Shown piece after piece: positions 37,450 through 40,749 of a DNA stretch of 40,749 nucleotides. This DNA is from Phoronis australis (lineage: Eukaryota > Animalia > Phoronida). The stretch spans positions 172,600-213,348 of the forward strand of contig NMRA01000200.1 of NCBI GenBank assembly GCA_002633005.1, read 5' to 3'. A program made the position numbers and the translations under genes. Each line of letters begins with the position of its first letter. Position 1 is the stretch's first letter. Below the pieces are notes generated by a model. It saw only the letters and a program-made list of their open reading frames with translations, did not search any database and was not told where the DNA came from.

Positions 37450-37796
37450 GTAGGGTGGTGTGGACAGTCAAGGCTATGTTCAAGAACATACATGTAACTT
37501 AATGCATTATTGTTTTAACATTTCGTGAAAGTGGTCGTGGTATTTTTGATTCAAGATATTTTTCTGCCATTTCCTGTATTTGTTTTATGTTTTGTATGTA
37601 AGAGCAGTATTACAAATATTTGTAAACTGGGTAATACATAGACAATGTTTACAATGTTTTAGTGTTGTCCATACAAAGACTGAAGCGCCATTGCTGTTTA
37701 TTTCGTTTTTTTTGTTTTATCTTCAGTCTACTCAATGTCTTGTATTTCAGTTGTTGTATTTTAGCATTTATATCCTTAATACACTACATTCTTTTA

Positions 37797-37802
37797 AATA
37801 AA
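37797..37802 (+). terminator. Candidate polyadenylation signal of the SLC49A4-like gene
   Basis: AATAAA about 350 nt after the stop codon. Confidence 0.5.
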
Positions 37803-39589
37803 GTTCATGGTGATAAGCATAATACTTGCAGTAATAACCCTATACTGAGTGCCATTTGTTTAGTTTTGCTGTAAGAACAAAATTGAAGCTTCAATCCGAT
37901 TTTTTTTCTGTCCTGTTTTATTATGCGATTAAGAGACGTTTTAAGAGAAAACCTGCAAAATATTATAACGTTGTTGGATCATCTTTCACCTCTGAAAGTG
38001 ATAATGTGACAAGATGGTTGAGTTAAGAATCGCTATAGGCTCATTTGAAATCAGAATCGCTTAATATTTCACTGGGTTCCAGTGGTGGTTCATGCACCGC
38101 TCAGTGCCATGTAAGAAATGGGAAATTTGCCTTAAATATTCTGGATATCCTCATTTTGCTGAAAATCAAATGAGTGGAATTAAAAAGTAGTAGCCGTCTT
38201 CTGGATTTAGTTAGAGTTTCCAAAATTGGAATTTTTATGAATTTCCTTTTTACAATACGTCGGGGAAATGACTCATTTTTGCAGACTTTGCAGGTTCTGA
38301 TCTACTGCACATGGTTTCTCTATGATGATTATACGCACGCACTAGAGAAGTCCCTGTTGCTTAAGCAGTGAAAATTTTCTCCCAGAAGGGAGGGTACCTG
38401 AAATACTTATCTAAATCTTAACAAAGGAGAGCTTATCTTTAGCATCAAAGTCTTGACACGAGGGGCAAATTTAAGTAGATGGGAATGATAACTCATTTCT
38501 CCACACGTCTAATGGTTTGAACTATTTCTTATTGCGGTACATGGCCATACAAATCAACAGTTTCCTATTTTTACTGAGGAGTTGTTTGAAGTGATCCACT
38601 TTACTAAAACCTAGTTTCATTTCCCCCATTCAAATACACACTGTTTTGGGTGTGAACCCATTTAAGTATGCACCTTTGAGGGTGGTCCACAATATTTTCT
38701 GAATTATATTATTTTGGTACGGGTGATATCCCCATCACAACAACATTGTCAAAATGTTGAAGCTTTGATGTGGTTCCGCCCACTTTTGCAGGCTTTCTCA
38801 GAAAAACCTTTCTTAAGATTGTTAGCAGTAGGAGGCATTGTAGCATAGCAGTGGAACTATGTGCCACTCAATCAAAAGATGGTTCACTAGTCCACACTAA
38901 CTTGTACAGTATCTCTTTAGATCTCAGCTCAGTTTCATCTAGTGTTATTGAAAGTAAAACTGTTTCTCATGTGATTTTGCTTTACAAGTAAGTTTTCATA
39001 TTCAAAGAGTTTTTTCTCTCCAATTTGTCTCACCAAAAGTGCATGGCTTGTGGACTCGTCCGTTCTCTCTATTGTGATCTAAATACGCCATTGAAGAAGT
39101 GCACACTCAGTTAAAATCCACCTGTCTAGCCAATGTAGGTTATAAGGGTCACAAGTGATGGTGTGTGGATAAGGTAAGTAATGAACATATTGCAGTCATG
39201 TCATCTCCCAAATCGACCAGTACTTTTCATATTCATCACTGACCAGTTAGAGGGAATAAAAGCTCTGCCCATGAATGTGAGAAGTTGCTCTTCAGTCTAA
39301 ATGATGCCAGAAACTGTAATTGGTGGGTTCTGTACTCGATTGTACTTGACTGTCTGCTTGGAGATTTTTATGCTATACTCGATGGTTGATGGATTTATAA
39401 ATTATATGATTAACTCTGTTAACTGAAATTTTATCTTTTTATGTAACACAGATTTTTACTGAACAATGTGTGTAACCCCGTTAAAACATAAAATATTGGA
39501 TAACTGCTTGGGTGTCATAGCCTTGGCAAACGTCCACGTGTGTGATATTGCTAGTGCTTCAGGTCATAAAAGAATTCCACAGGTTCTTG

Positions 39590-39649
39590 TTAGAACAGGT
39601 TTCTGCAGAGCGGACAGGTAGAATTGTGACTGGTATTGAACCACTTGTA
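39590..39649 (-). CDS. LTN1: E3 ubiquitin ligase listerin, last coding exon (end of the RING domain)
   Basis: Minus strand TTTTTCAG|YKWFNTSHNSTCPLCRNLF*, matching the conserved listerin C-terminus YKWFxSSxxSTCPLCRxxF. Upstream exons were not found and probably lie beyond the window. Confidence 0.88.
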   Translation of the reverse strand, partial: YKWFNTSHNSTCPLCRNLF

Positions 39650-39737
39650 CTGAAAAATAAAAAGCAACCCAAGTCAATGAGGTGTCATTGAAAAATCACC
39701 AGTTCTTACTAAAAACAGATTTCACCAGATGACTGTA

Positions 39738-39800
39738 ATTTATCAGTCACCCAGTATGTTGCTTTAACATTTATCAGTCACCCAGTATGTTGCTTTAACA
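39738..39800. repeat. 31-bp direct tandem duplication
   Basis: ATTTATCAGTCACCCAGTATGTTGCTTTAAC x2. Confidence 0.9.
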
Positions 39801-40451
39801 AAGATCATGAACCTGGTGTGACTGGTTTTAACGAAAAAGGAAATGGAATGGCTCTAATAACCAATCAATGTGATAACTATGTTCATGATATTTCACATCG
39901 TAGTTCAACAAGTCGTGCAGATTATCCTGAGCATTTGAATAAGGTCAACCAGTAATATCTGTTATGAAACTGAAAATATACATTCTTAAAAAAGACCCTG
40001 TTTGCTTAATATTGAACTTGGGGAAAGCTGTGTTGGATAATAAAGCAATTTACATGACACATCTCTTGCTTCACCTATTTCACCGTCTATCCACTGTATG
40101 GTTCACTGAACACGATGGCGTGTGGGTTGTGGAAACTTGTCTGTAGTTGTGAATCGTACGAGCTAAATGTTATAGTGAAAAATGGTAAACATTTCCACAA
40201 TACCAAAATTGGAAGATGTTAATTGTGTGTAATGTCTATTGTGGATACACTCGCGTGGAAATGGACAGTGAATTCAATTTCAATGGTTATAATGAACAGG
40301 GAACTGTTTTTATGATGTAGCAGAAAATTAAAGAGTGTGTGGAAATAATTAAATAACGTGGATGGGAACATCAAACAGCTTATTATTTAAAATGACTTAT
40401 TCTTATTAAAATGACATAAGCAAAAAATTGAATTTCGGACCTCAAAAGCGA

Positions 40452-40749
40452 GGCCCCCTATATTAATATAGGGGGCCACGCCGAAAGGCTGCCGGAGAGC
40501 GAAAAATTTTGAAGCAATTGGGCATCACAAACAGCATGCTTCTTGTGACATCTATTTGTATCATAAAAATGGCCACCAGATGGCGCAAAACACGTCAACT
40601 CCATCCGAAAACAGAAACATCTTTTCTTTAATAGAAAGTATTTACCAATTTCCATAAAAATCTGTCAAGAAACTATAGAGAAACAAAGGAAGACCGGAAA
40701 AAATGGAATGGCCACTAGGGGGCAATGCACCTGAAAGTTGTCAATATCT
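40452..40749 (-). mobile_element. 3' end of a HINE-like element, with CTCF-like motifs, in the LTN1 intron
   Basis: Its reverse complement matches 24920-25040. Contains a perfect 26-bp palindrome (40452-40477), a GCCGAAAGGC hairpin, TGGCCACCAGATGGCGC (40570-40586) and TGGCCACTAGGGGGCA (40709-40724). Confidence 0.6.

Noticed and set aside
39150-39290. Possible exon or RT fragment (GTAAGT donor; minus-strand WGDD)
   Set aside because: No extended frame or additional RT motifs. It probably lies in the LTN1 3' UTR or intergenic space.

Overview
AT-rich, intron-containing animal genomic DNA. The repeat types suggest a marine invertebrate such as a mollusc (inference). Three host genes can be read. 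(1) A complete 4-exon apolipoprotein D/lipocalin gene (+, 8611-10854, 186 aa) with a TATA box. (2) The 3' seven exons of an SLC49A4/DIRC2-like MFS transporter (+, 25633-37449); its 5' exons are not visible and an assembly gap lies upstream. (3) The last coding exon of the RING E3 ligase listerin/LTN1 (-, 39590-39649), convergent with the transporter. Most of the rest is transposon material: two copies of an LTR carrying arrays of heat-shock elements and forkhead sites, a gag-only Gypsy mini-element with ~79-bp LTRs, a 5'-truncated RNase H-bearing LINE, a spliced P-element-like transposase relic interrupted by a MITE, Kolobok-like and hAT-like derivatives, Helentron/HINE-like elements with periodic CTCF-like motifs, a Penelope fragment with a degenerate hammerhead core, tandem repeats, and an orphan transmembrane exon. 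No prokaryotic-type system (CRISPR, operon) is present. All family assignments come from motif recognition by eye, not from database searches.
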